Positions 16,801-28,659 of a stretch of DNA of 33,535 bases are shown here, in pieces. How positions within the stretch are numbered: the stretch's first letter is position 1; each line of letters starts with the position of its first letter. The position numbers were made by a program, and so were the translations under genes. Source of the DNA: Vezdaea acicularis (taxonomy: Eukaryota); NCBI GenBank assembly GCA_026025075.1, contig JAPEUI010000002.1, positions 372,001-405,535 on the forward strand, given 5' to 3'. The notes below the pieces were generated by a model. That model was not told the origin of the DNA, searched no databases, and saw only the letters and a program-made list of their open reading frames with translations.

Positions 16801-17159
16801 GCTGATGTATCACCCCACACCGTTGATCTTCCAGCAGCCGTCGGAAGGAGCCGTGGAGCCGGCCTGACCCCCCAAGCTAGCTTCTTGCGGTCGAAGGTAT
16901 ATCATGAACCCTCCGCCCTCGGCGAATCAGAGCCAGCTTGAGCGCCGGGTAGACGTGGATTCTCTATCTCAGTATGCAAAAGTAGTCGCCTTGGCTTCTC
17001 TGTTCAAGAGCTGATTCCGTGTCGTCCCCAATCCTTGGCATTTGAGGATGTTAGCTCGAAGGTGTGTAAGAGTAAGTATTTTCAAGAACGGATCATCAGT
17101 CCCTCCCTATGTACAGCTTAGCCCATGATTGATACAAGTGTGATTCGGGCGCCGAAATT

Positions 17160-18179
17160 TCAGTATTCTGCGGTGTCGAGGCTACCCTTGCCAACCGTGG
17201 AGGCGACTGCGTCCGGACCCTTTTGCTGCTTCAACTTTTCCTCGAATCTCGCAAACTCCTTCATGGCAATCTCCTCTTCCTGATCGAGAACCTGCGTGAC
17301 GCTTTCGACCTCTTCGATGTAATGCATCAGCATACTCTCGATACCGTTCTTCAAGGTTACCGTGCTGGAGTCGCAGGTGCGGCAGGCACCTCGCAGCTTG
17401 AGCAAGACGTTACCGTTCTCAAACCCTCGGAACTCAATGTCACCGCCGTCATCTAGGATGGCAGGTCGAATCCTCGTTTCCAGAAGCTCTTTGATCATCG
17501 CCACGACCTCGCTATCATTTTCATCATAGCCAAGAGTATCTTGCTCGGTACCATCTTGCCCAGCTTGGTCCGACCGATTCTCTACCGTGTTCACAATCTG
17601 CTCCCCAGAAGTCACGGCTTCTGTGATGAGGCTGAAAACTTCAGGCTTGACATGTGCCCAGTTAGTCTCGGCGGCCTTGGTGACCGTGATGAAATCGACC
17701 CCATAAAAGACAGATGTAATGCCGTCGACATTGAGAAGTTTCGCTGCAAGTGGTGAAGGGTGAGGGGGCGCTAGGGTGGATCGAGGCGAAAGGTATTCAA
17801 GAAATGGCGAGGACAGATTAGGAGGAAGGACAGGATGGTTAGGGAGAAATTTGAGGGCCTGCAAATCACTTCGTTAACTTTGACCGGCGTGATTGAGAGA
17901 AGGGAGGCTCACGTCAGGGTTTGGGGTGTTTTCTGTTTGAATAAATATGCTGCGGCTGGCTCCAGCTCCTGCACCGATCTTTGATGGGATGTTTCGCTGT
18001 TGACAGGCTCTTAGGCTTGTTCGACGACCAGAACTTGACGCTGAGATACTTGGTAGGTTCGATAGGCCATGCAAACGCCGTCTCAAGGACGATACGGAGG
18101 CAAGCCGATCAACTCCGGTAGACGGACGTGCTTGAGATAGGACTCTTATCGCCATACGAGGAAGTTGTCTAGCAGCCAT
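17160..18179 (-). CDS. NFU1: Mitochondrial NifU-like Fe-S carrier Nfu1; intron 17859-17912
   Basis: Arg/Ser-rich presequence, IFIQTENTPNPD|ALKF, RIRPAILDDGGDIEFRGF, LRGACRTCDSS (CxxC), TLKNGIESMLMHYIEEV. Confidence 0.96.
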
Positions 18180-18751
18180 GATCGTTGAATAATATACGAG
18201 ACAATCTCTTCTTATTCCGCTCTTGAAGCTACGATGACCTCGTTCACTTCGCTGCTTAATATTGCCTCGAGATTTTTTGATGAAGCTTACGCGAGCCGCT
18301 TCAAGAAATGACGTTTCGGTAACTGGGGGGCGAAGTAGAAGACCACGTGACGATTACTATTCCACCGTTCTCCAAAATACATTTCAATTCGTTCTTCTGT
18401 ATCTTCAGCTGTGCAAGAATGAAGAGATTGACAGCCTACAAGCTCTTCGAGGCCTGTGACAATGAACTTGTATTGCGTACATGTCTAGGATCGAGCACCG
18501 AGCTCTCCACGCTGTAAGGACGCCTCAACTGGCCAGGTATTTAGATACAGGTAGCTTCTGCGCGAGCATATTATCTACAGATAACGCGCTTCCTCACGTC
18601 AACATCGGCCAAACCCCTCCAAGATCCCACCACATAGATCGAAGTCATGTTTCCAACGCGTTCTTGGTGGCGAAGCGAACGCCATTCCCCTCCAAAACAG
18701 CTCCGTTCGCTATGCTCGATACCAGCAAGTCCTGCAATACTGAGAAAACAA

Positions 18752-21700
18752 TCATCTTTGAAACCATGGAAACTTCTTCCTCGAAGGGTCAGTGGCGCCT
18801 GCACCAGGAACTTCAAGTTGTATGCTCCTCTCGTATAAGGCCTAATATTGGTTCATCAGCACACAAGGTTCTCATTCCAGTCGCAGGAAGAATGAAGCTT
18901 GAAACACCGAGATCAGACTCACATCGTCATCCTTGTAAAATATGCACTCGAGGATCAGTCTCTGGACGTCTATGTTGCGCGATAATTCGGGATAAGGATT
19001 ACTGCGGCTCCGTTGCAGTCCGACTATGACATCCCCCATGACCTGGAACTTTTTCCAGTTGATACGATCCTGGTGGTCGCCGATAAAGGTCCGATTTCCT
19101 TGCTCAGCGGAGACAAGATCACGACGATGTAACGGCAGGAATGGTATTCGCTCGGAGGACGTGTTCTCCCACGCTAGGCGGTAAGCAAAATGACTCCGCT
19201 GTGTACCCATGAGTATTTCTAGCCTCATGAAATTCTTTTGAGGTTCATGCGCCACGAGCTCCCTTGTCTGCGTGAGACGATGTACGGCGTTCCCGTTTAT
19301 CCCAGCTATGACGGCTCCAAGCGCATTGTAGTTGTTGAGGTATCGGAGTTTCTAATCTTTTTGTTAGCCATCCAAGAAAGAAATGAGTAGCCACAAGGAG
19401 TCTTTTACCCAGGCGACGCTCATGAATTTTTCCAAAGCTTGAGCGCGGTGTTTGGGCTTATCACGTAGCAGGATCATATTCGCGACCCAGTAGGCCACGT
19501 GGTTGAAATGGTTTATCATCCTGTTCACGTTCTCGACGCTTTTACACGTTTCCTTCTTATCTGCAGGGAGACTGACATGCCGAATGAGATCTCGGGGCCG
19601 AATAGCAGAGAACATGATCCAGTCAATTCGAGTCAATTCGGTGGCTATGTCCTCGTCCGAAGTCTCCATGAAAGCATGCCATTGAAGCTTCGTCAGATGG
19701 GTTCGTGGCGTGGGCAGGAGCAATTGTGCCTCCCTCTCCGCAGCCTCTACGCTAGTCGGTAGCGTTTGCGATGAGCCCGTCGAGATGATGGTGATGTTAC
19801 TAGCGCCCGTACTCCGGGCGTTTGACGTGGTGGGAGATCCCAGTAACGTTTCTTCAGTATCTGCTGTCATGGCGCTTAACTGCCTCTCGAGATCATCTGA
19901 GCCCGACGGAGCGCTTATGGTAGCTATTGAGCTCCTCACGGAGGAAGTCGTGCTCAGGAAGCTGTCCGTGATCTCACTGTAATCGCGATTGTGATCGCTG
20001 TCTGCCATGGCCCAAATCCCATCTTCATCCTCGATCGCCGCATCCAGATTCGCTCGCATCTGCTGAACCGCGACGGCGAAGACTCGCTTTGTTGCTATTC
20101 GTGACATGAAGCTACCAAGGCGGTTTCGCGTGTGAGGGTGAGCGAAATCGCCGGGATAATCCGTCGTCCATCTGACCAGAACACCGACATGCCTTAGCTG
20201 AGAACTGATCCGGCTCATATAAGAGGCCTCTTCGCTCTCCGTCGAGTCGAACCGACGGATGATCGAATCCAGGAGCTTTCCAGGCGTGGCAAATTTTCGG
20301 TACAAGCACAAGAACGTGGTCCCAAAGTTGGTATCGGCCTTTGACAAGGGTTGGCCTAGAAGACGGTCGACGAGGTCCTCCAGCGTGTCACCCGTCGCCT
20401 TTGCAGGCTTCTCCATGATGGACTCGTTGTCTCGCCGGTCTAGCAACGGAACATCATCAATATCGGGATACGCGTCATCTTTCTCGTCATCCATGTCCAA
20501 AAAGGACTCGACCACCCTCGTGCCCGCACTCGACTTGAATGGGGCGTCTGACACCATCGTCAGGCCGAGCCCATTCTGGCTCGCATGTCGAGGGTCTCCC
20601 TGTCTTTGACCCGGCTTGGCGCTGTTTGAGCCGCTTCTAGATGAAACGCGATGCGCACTAGACTTTGATCCGTTCGATCGCGAGCTGCGCCGGGTGACCC
20701 CATCGTTTGGATATTGGCTGGCATCCTTGACGCCGGGACTCTTCTGCCCCAGGGCGGCTTGCTCCGAGCTTGCTCTGCTATGCCGAGATCCTTGCTGACC
20801 TCGTGGCTGCGGTGACATCGGCTGTTCGCGTTGTGAGATTGAGTTGGAGCGTTGCCGGACCCCCAACGGTTTCATCTCCTCGGTCCGGCCCATTTTGATA
20901 GCTTTGGCAACAGCATTCAGGCACCTCTTCTGGGTGTCGGGCGAGTCCGCCGATGTTTGGAAACATTCCACACCGCTCAAAATGATACCCGCTTGTTCGA
21001 TCTTGTTGGGGTTTATCTGGCGTGCACCTGATGGACCGTCGCATTTGCAGGAGACGAGGATGCAGGGAATGTCAGCGTCCATAAGCCCGTCTGAAGCAGA
21101 GTTTCTCGTCAGTACAATTGCTTCAACGCTCAACGCGGGTACCGCTTGAAGATGAGATGGAGCGTTCAAGAAAACTTCGAGATAGTTCTGCCATGGTGAA
21201 AACCACGTAAAGCTCTCCTCTAAGGTCATCGAACACCTCTTCCCGAACTCTATCGAAGAAAGGAGGAGAGAAGACTCACTCAGCACATCGGGTATCATGG
21301 ACAGGCTGTCCCGGTTCTTGATATCGTACAGAGTCATGGCGCCATGGAAGATTGGTGTCGGCTGGCCATCCACAAACTTCGGCCATCGCACCTCTCCATT
21401 GTCTGCCAGCTCGATACTCCCCAGGCTCAGTTCAACGAGGCGAATGATACAGACCGCGTCTCCGATCGATACTCTCCTTGATTGCACCGCTGTCGTCGGA
21501 GGTTGCCGGGCACCAAACGCATGCTGAATGAAAGTTGATTTACCGACCCCGGGCGCGCCAAGGATGGCGATGTTCATCTCCATCATTTCAAGCTTTGAGG
21601 TGACACCATCATTAGTCCAGAGCGCTTCAGCTGGGAGAAAAAAGGCTTGCAACGGACTCAAGGCCGAGGGTAAGGGGAGATGGTCAATCGGCGAAACGCA

Positions 21701-22494
21701 TACAAGCCTCCCTCTAAGATGGAGAGCGAGTAAGATTCGCGGGGTAGCGGTGCGCGGTCGACACGGTTCGGGTCATGAGAAAGATTCGAGCATAGGGAAG
21801 ATGAAAGTCAGGGAGGACTTACGCCGAGGTAGCGGGGGTGAGAGGGCCGAAACAGACGGCGCCGTGCAGACGTCTCTCGAGGCTGACCATGAGCTCCTGT
21901 GATCTTCGGAGGCTCGTTTGGCGCGGTTGGCGGCGGTTCATGCCGAAACGGGAGGGTGACAGGAGGTGGGCGGCGAGCGGAGGCGGGTAAGCCGCGCGCG
22001 AATGAGAGGGGCGGTGCTTTGGGCGGGCGAGTTGGAAGGGAGCGTTCCGACGTCACGCTCTGTCCAAGCGGAGGGCGGAAGAGGGGCGGGCGCGAGGTGG
22101 TGGAGGAGGTGGAGTAGGAGGAGGAGGAGGAGGAGGCGGGCGGCCAGGGCGGAGGTGGGGTCGAAGATTGGTCGAGATCAGAGGAGCGGTAGAACAGGGA
22201 GCAGGCGATCGGTTTACGGGTCGGGAAGGGCGCGTCTTCGTCGGAGCTGGGTGGCGTCAAGCTCGAGGCTGCGGTGGTCGCGGCGGTGGCGGCAGTTGCG
22301 ATTGAGGACGTCCGTCGGCCGCCCTGGAGACTGAGGCTGGAGCTGCTCGCCTTGGTGCGGCGGCTGCTGCTGCCGCTGCTGCTGCTGCTGCTGCTGCTCC
22401 TGCCACTTCTCGTGCTGCTATTGTGAGGCGGCAGCCGTCCCCGGGCGACGGTTCGCTTGGGCGCCGACCGCCGTGGCCGCTCGCGTGTCAGCAT
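18752..22494 (-). CDS. Ras guanine-nucleotide exchange factor (Ras-like domain + REM + CDC25 domain); introns 18842-18922, 19352-19408, 21091-21279; start either 21586 or 22494 via a microexon
   Basis: P-loop LGAPGVGKST; REM TFLCLYRKFATPGKLL; CDC25 IATELTRID, FNHVAYWVANMIL, W|KLRYLNNYNALGA, IPFLPLHRRDL, INWKKFQVMG; last exon ALYERSIQLE..KKFPWFQR*. Confidence 0.88.
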
Positions 22495-24763
22495 CGTCCC
22501 CGGTCTTGGGCGTGAGAGCGTCGGAGGCGTCTGGCCATGCGCGATCGTCCGAGGGCTCTGGGAGATGAGGGCAGGCAGAAAGAGGACGGCCGGCGCAGTT
22601 GAAGTACAAGTACGTTCGCAGCCATCGCACGGGCTGCGGTGCGACGAGCGACGTCCAGCTTCTGCCAGCGTGAGAGCGGCCGTTGAGGAGTTGGGGAGGG
22701 AATGGACCAGCGCGCGTACGAGCCTCGCACCGCACCCGTCGCCCGGTGGCCGGACATGGAGCTGCTTCCTGCCCTCACGCTGGCCGCGCCCGCAGCCAAA
22801 CACGTAGCACAGAACAGCATGTTCGCCCATCCATCGCCACGAACGGCGGCATCATTATACCTCACCTTCACGCACGATTACTGTAACCGTCCACGCCCAC
22901 GTCCGCGCCCATGCCCGGCGGCGGGGAATCCCCGCGGTTGGGCGGGCGACCCGGATCTTGCGTCTTCACGGCGGGAGCGTGCGCCATAGGCCTCGACGCC
23001 ATGGCCACCGTCGCTCTCTCTCGCTCTTTCCTCTTTCTCTCTTTCCTCTCTTGCGCTTTCCCGTTTCGCCCGTTCCTCTCTTGCGCTTTCCCCCCCCCCC
23101 GCTCTCTCGCTCCTTCCTCTCTTTCTCCCTCGCTCTTTCCTCTCGCGCTCTCGAGACGCCATGCCCGCATCAGTCCTTACTCGTCCTGGACGAGGACGGT
23201 CCGGGAGTTGTCCAGGACGCCGGGAGCCCAACATCAACCGACAGGAACACGGTTGGGCGAGGCGGAAGGGCGGTGTCTCAGCCCATTGGGTCCCGTGGAG
23301 GGAGCATCCGACGGGGCCTCGAAGCTGGCGCGGAGCATTATTGGGCGGGCCACGATGATCGCGCACAACGGTTCCTTGGCCGCAAAGGGGCGTAGGTGGG
23401 GGAAGGGGACGGCCGTCTTCATATTCGTGCAGGATCGACGGGCGGGCGCGAGAGGGCCACGGCAGCGGCGAACGAGGAGAGGAGGAGAGGAGAGGAGAGC
23501 GGAGGGGAGGGGAGGGGAGGAGAGGGGCCGGGAGGGCAGGCGGGAGGGCAAGTCGCGCGCTAACCCTAAAGCACGAACGCCACTCGCCTGGCTGGTTCGC
23601 GCTGCCCCTTTGTCGCCGTCGCCCTCCCTCGCCCTTGCCCCATTGATCTGACCTTCCCCGTCTCCCACTCGCTCTTTCCCTCCCCCGGTGTGCTCTCCGC
23701 TCTCCGCTCTTTCCCCCCCCCCGGTCCTCTCTCTAATTGCACACCCTCTCCCTCCTCCCTTCCCAGCGCCAACCGCCAGCGACTTCCCCCTTTCTCCCCA
23801 ACAATTTGGGTGGGCTGCCCTTTGCTTTTTTGCGTCTTGCTGCTGCGGTTGCTCGCTTCGTATTCGAGCTCCTCGATGCATCGATGCCTCAACGCCTGCA
23901 CGAGTACATCAGGGCAACGCTTTTGCTGCAGTGGACGGGAGCACGAACTGTGGGTGGCCGTGGCAGGCTTGCAGGCGATCCGCAGGAGTGCGCCCGAGGC
24001 CATTGGCTGGCGAGCCACGCGAACTAGCAGTAGGCGAACCGACGGACGCCGCGACCCCTGCGCTCCCCTCGCTTCAGGCCACTCCGCCTGTCCCCCCCGC
24101 GGGTCCTGCACGCTTGCGCTCCCTCCCCCCTTGGCGACCCAGCGACGACCCAGCGACGACCCTTTGACGAGCGACAATGACAGCGAGCCCTACCGAGCCC
24201 TACCGAGGCCCCTTCCCATTCGTCCGTTTCGCGGTGCCCGCCCACGCTTGCCCATTGTCCTCCATCGTCCCCCCTTTGTCTCCTCTGTCCCCCGTCCTCC
24301 TTTCGCTGCGGCGCCGTCCGTTCTTTCTGGACGGCCTCACCAGTCGCTCTCGATGTGCGATGTCACCTCCATCGCGTGCTGGAGACAACGAAACGAGCAC
24401 GCCACGGCGCACCGTCGTCCGCCCTCGCCGCATCCAGACGGGGCCCTCTCCCAATGGCACCGTCCCCTCGCGCTACTGTATCGCCATGATGCCGGTCATG
24501 CGCCTGCCCAGCGGAGGGTGACCAGGCGCGCCCGTCACCCCGTCACGCCTTCACGCCCTCACGCCCGTCGCGCCCAGACTCGCCGTGCCAATGTCCTCTC
24601 GTTCCGAGGATAAAGAGCGGCGTGCCGGCCGCGATCTACACCAGGGGCGGCACGAGACAAGCAGCCATCCCTCGTCTTCCCCATTCAAATATTGTTGGCT
24701 CCGCCTCCAACCTCTATTCTTTATCTTTCTGACCACCGCTCTCGTTATCCATTCGCTATCCAC

Positions 24764-24854
24764 TATCCATTATCCTCTATCCTCTATCCTCTATCCTCTA
24801 TCCTCTATCCTCTATCCTCTATCCTCTATCCTCTATCTTCTATCTTCGATCCTC
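24764..24854. repeat. (TATCCTC)n heptanucleotide microsatellite
   Basis: Nine perfect units at 24771-24833, flanked by variants TATCCAT, TATCTTC x2 and GATCCTC. Confidence 0.95.
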
Positions 24855-24942
24855 GGTCCACCATCGGCGGGGTGGCAGCTGTCATTCGAGAGAGCTTGCA
24901 TGCACAGGCGATGCATATGGCCCGTTTAGGAAATTTCCCATC

Positions 24943-26203
24943 ATGATGGTATGCCGTGCGCCCTTTGCCCCACAATCTCGACAAAAAAGCATCCACGGTG
25001 AGACTTCACCGCCGCGATCAATTGCTGACGGCTTCGCAGGAGCGGCCAGGTCGCTCGTTGACACACCCGCTGCGAGAAGAGACTTTGGTGCGCAAGTCAC
25101 GGGTCAAGCAAGGCGACCCCTTCGATCCCGACGAGCTTTGTCGGAAATTGAGACGGCACCAGAGGTATCTACAGGAGCAGAAGGAACTGCGTCGGCAGGC
25201 GAGAGAGAGGGAAGCGAGGGAAGCGAAGGAGCGGGAGAGACGGTTCGGTGTAGCCGCAACTGCGAACGACTTGGTCGATGTGAAAACTCTACGAGCCCGG
25301 GTGAGAGCACAAGGCCTGGATGAAGTCAAGGAGCAATGGCGTGCGCAGATCAAAGAGGATCAGAGGGTCGCGCAAGCCAACAGGACTGAAGAGATTGCTC
25401 CGGTCAAGAGCCAAGGGCCAGCTCAGGCCAATAAGACTGACCGACGTACTCCCGTCAAGAGCCAAGGTCCTGCTCAAGCCAAAAAGACTGAAGGGCGAGC
25501 TCCAGTGAAGACCGAAGGGTCTGCTCACCTCAAAGCACCGGGACGAGAGCCAGAGGCCAGTCAAGAGACCTCTTATCATCATACGCCCAAGGTGGCGGCG
25601 AAGGACTTCAAACGGACGGCGACGCCAGACCCGCTGAAAAAGAAGAGGATGCATAAGCTGTCTCGGCCCCTGCTCAAAGAACGCTCAAAACTGCATGATG
25701 TGAACGAGCCGATACGTCGGCCCAAGACCGGAGGGCGAGAGGATGGGGATGTCACGACGTCGGAGATGCATCGAAGGCGGCAGACTCTCATGACAGCCGA
25801 GTACGACGTCCTCATGGACCTGAAGCCTGCGGGCAGAAGGACGGGCGACATCAGGCCGCTGAGCACCGGCGATCTTGCCTGGGTGGATGAAGCCGATGCG
25901 GTCGGCGACTCTTCACCGGAACGATCGTATGTCTATGGACCACATGACCGTCACGACTGGACCGAGTCAGATGCACCGGCTCCAACAGACAAGCGCCCGA
26001 CGCTCAAAAGTCGCATATCGCCGTTGTTCAAGCATAAGAAGAGCCCGCTGAATGATGGCCGGGAGTGCGATGCACCTTCAACGGCGCCCATCGTCCCAAC
26101 GCCGCCGCCACCGCCGCCGCCTCCGGACGACAACGCTGCCGATCCTTCCAAGAAGCGGCGGAAGTCACGACTCAACCTCAAGGCATTGTTCCGAAAAACG
26201 TAG
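24943..26203 (+). CDS. Uncharacterised basic, coiled-coil/disordered protein; exons 24943-24948 and 25040-26203
   Basis: ATG ATG|GTATGC..GCTGAC..CGCAG|GAG joins in frame to the long ORF. Charged helix, 17-aa repeats, poly-Pro, KKRRK basic C-terminus. Confidence 0.7.
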
Positions 26204-27090
26204 GCTGACATCGTACACCGTTCTCACGAAATAAAAGTACATCGATATACGCACGTCCCGATAACGATTCATATCACGCTCACTGCATCTTTTTCTTTTT
26301 GTGGTTCTGGCGCAGCATCGTCTTTCGCGCATACCCCCGGAAGGCTGCACTGTCACGGTTGGGGGGGCTAGGGCTGAATGAGGGCCAACGGCGTTGGGCG
26401 GGGTGAGCCTTACTCTGAATCCTCCAGCGTTACTTGACGCTGGATTACGGGTAGACGTTGAGAGAAATGGGGGGAGGGGGGCTCTTGTTTGGTTTTTTTG
26501 GCCGTGGGTACAAACGGCTGGGTGACGGGTATACCTTACTCAATGGTTGTAATTGATAATGGAAGACTATCGCCATTCAGGCCATAGTCTAATAGATTGA
26601 TCGAGAAAATGAAGACCTCATCCCATTGATCTTGAGGGGAAACACTCGGGTGCGGTAAGATGACCAAAAGCCGCATGGGCTAACACGCTCACATGTACGA
26701 GGATCATTTGTGTTTCGTCCCGCTCGTCGACGGCAACGGCTTGAGGAAAGCCGGAGACTCCCTGTCCGTCCCGAAATCCAATTTACAGTACGATGACAGG
26801 CACCCTCACCATGAAAGGAAACCAAGAACGAGACCGTCTCCGTTTCTGCCGCTCTGAATAATGCATCAGGCCATGCCGGGGGGTATCCAAATAATTAGAG
26901 TATTCAAATCACGCGCAGGCTTTGGGCTCGCTCAAAGTGATTTTCGATGAGTATTTTGAAAAATCAGGAATTCTAAAATCCTACTCAAGAGGAGAGAAGA
27001 TTGTAGGTGAAAGTTGAAAATTTCTGCATATTCACACGTCTCATTACCTCTTCTCATCCAATTCTGCCAAAGTTTTGCTAATCCACTCAG

Positions 27091-27354
27091 TGTAAGGATG
27101 TAGCGTACGAGCAGGGAGCGGCTAGGACCAATTTGGATAAGTAATGCGGGACGCAGTAGGCACGCAGTAGACACGCAGGAGGCACGCAATAGGTGATAGA
27201 ATAGTTTAGTAGTCAATGGTAAGTATCTATACGATTGAATACTGAGGAGCTATTCTACAACGCTTCCCCGACTTGCCATATGACGGTGGTCACGTGACGC
27301 AGGGGTAGCGCAGGCTTGCCGTAGCAGCGGTCACGGGAAGGCGGGTTCATGACA
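27091..27354. mobile_element. Solo LTR (family A), 264 bp
   Basis: Begins TGTAAG, ends ATGACA; CTCAG target-site duplication at 27086-27090 and 27355-27359. Confidence 0.75.
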
Positions 27355-27642
27355 CTCAGCGCCTTAATCATCAAAATTTGCTGCGCTTCTTCAGAGCAAG
27401 GCCAAAAAAGATAATAGAAGTTTTTTTTTTTTACTAATTTTGTTGGATATCTTACATAAATAAAGAATATTCTAATTAATCTATATCATAATAATATAAC
27501 ATATTCTACAAGAAAAACAATCACACAAGCATAAAATCACCTTTGGGAGCACAAAAATGCATATATGCTAAACTTATGATCATTAAGTGTAACAAGAACA
27601 TATAAGTGATTTTTACAAGAGATATTTTTTTATATCTGTAGC

Positions 27643-28020
27643 TGTAAGAACGCGACGGCATCCGCCTAGAGCGCGCCGGCGCGCCCTAGACGGCTGCTCT
27701 TGCTTAGACGCCGGCGGCGCTCAGGGGACGCTTAGTCAGCGCGCCCCTTATATATATATCGAGTCGGGTTCACTAGGGACGCGGCATCAAATAGTCTTGA
27801 TCTATAGCTAGTTCTCGGAATCGATTTATATAACCGCAATCTATTCATTATATCACTATACCGCTATATCTATACAGCCCTGTAACATTGCTAGCTATCG
27901 CCGGTGGCCCGCCTACCCCCATAGCCTATTAAACACGCAGTGACACCGCAGGCGGGCCGCAGACGGCGCCGGCCTACCACGCTCTCAAAATCAGGGGCAG
28001 CTATCGTGCCCGTCCTTACA
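27643..28020 (+). mobile_element. Solo LTR (family B, copy 1), 378 bp; strand given only relative to the other copies
   Basis: TGTAAGAACG...CGTCCTTACA termini, TSD GTAGC on both sides, internal TATATATATA, homologous to 28660-29038. Confidence 0.92.
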
Positions 28021-28659
28021 GTAGCATACATAAGCATTATTTTTAATAGTCTAGTGAGTATTTTAGCATTTTATCTGTTTTTTTAATAGTTATATATATG
28101 TGTATTTGTTTATTTTTTACTATTTAAGTTATTAATTTTTTAGTAAAAGCATTGTAAATAATTTTTTAATCTTGTAGTTATTGAAAATATTACTTTAGAA
28201 TATAAAAATCAAACTTGAATGCTATCCTGATTGATGATTCAAAATCTAACATAACTGCATTTTGATGCTCCAAATGATAAATTTTGTGCTTCTATACCTG
28301 GTTTGCTGGTAAATATGTCATTAGTAAATTTGATTATAAATTTGGATCATATAAACATTTATTATCATTATGAGAACTTATTAGTGATTTTGCAAGAAAA
28401 AGAATATTTAGCTAAATTGTGACAATAAATCATATAGGATTCACTAGTCTGCCTCAGCACAAAAAGCATTAATGATACGACTCTTATATAAATATTTGAT
28501 TGAATTAATATAATAATTTATTATTACATAACCTATAACATATTATCAGAATCAAATTTGTACTTTTATCTTCAGGGTATTTTACATGTCAAAATTTAAC
28601 ACAAGCAAAAAAATATTTTGCTTATTCAAATACATGATATATTCTGCATTGATTAATAC

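Noticed and set aside
14534..16941. Many overlapping 70-240 aa ORFs
   Set aside because: Arg/Pro/Gly-rich translations in all frames with no motifs are expected from high GC and few stops.
10584..18179. Functional Fe-S link between PSP1 and NFU1
   Set aside because: Adjacency alone is weak evidence in a eukaryotic genome, and the two are separated by 3.8 kb.
22418..24929. Stack of overlapping ORFs up to 307 aa
   Set aside because: Low-complexity GC-rich DNA and microsatellite translation; no recognisable domain.
26351..27354. Possible 1-kb LTR (TGTCACG...CATGACA)
   Set aside because: No TSD (TGCAC vs CTCAG); the 27091-27354 boundaries have a perfect TSD.
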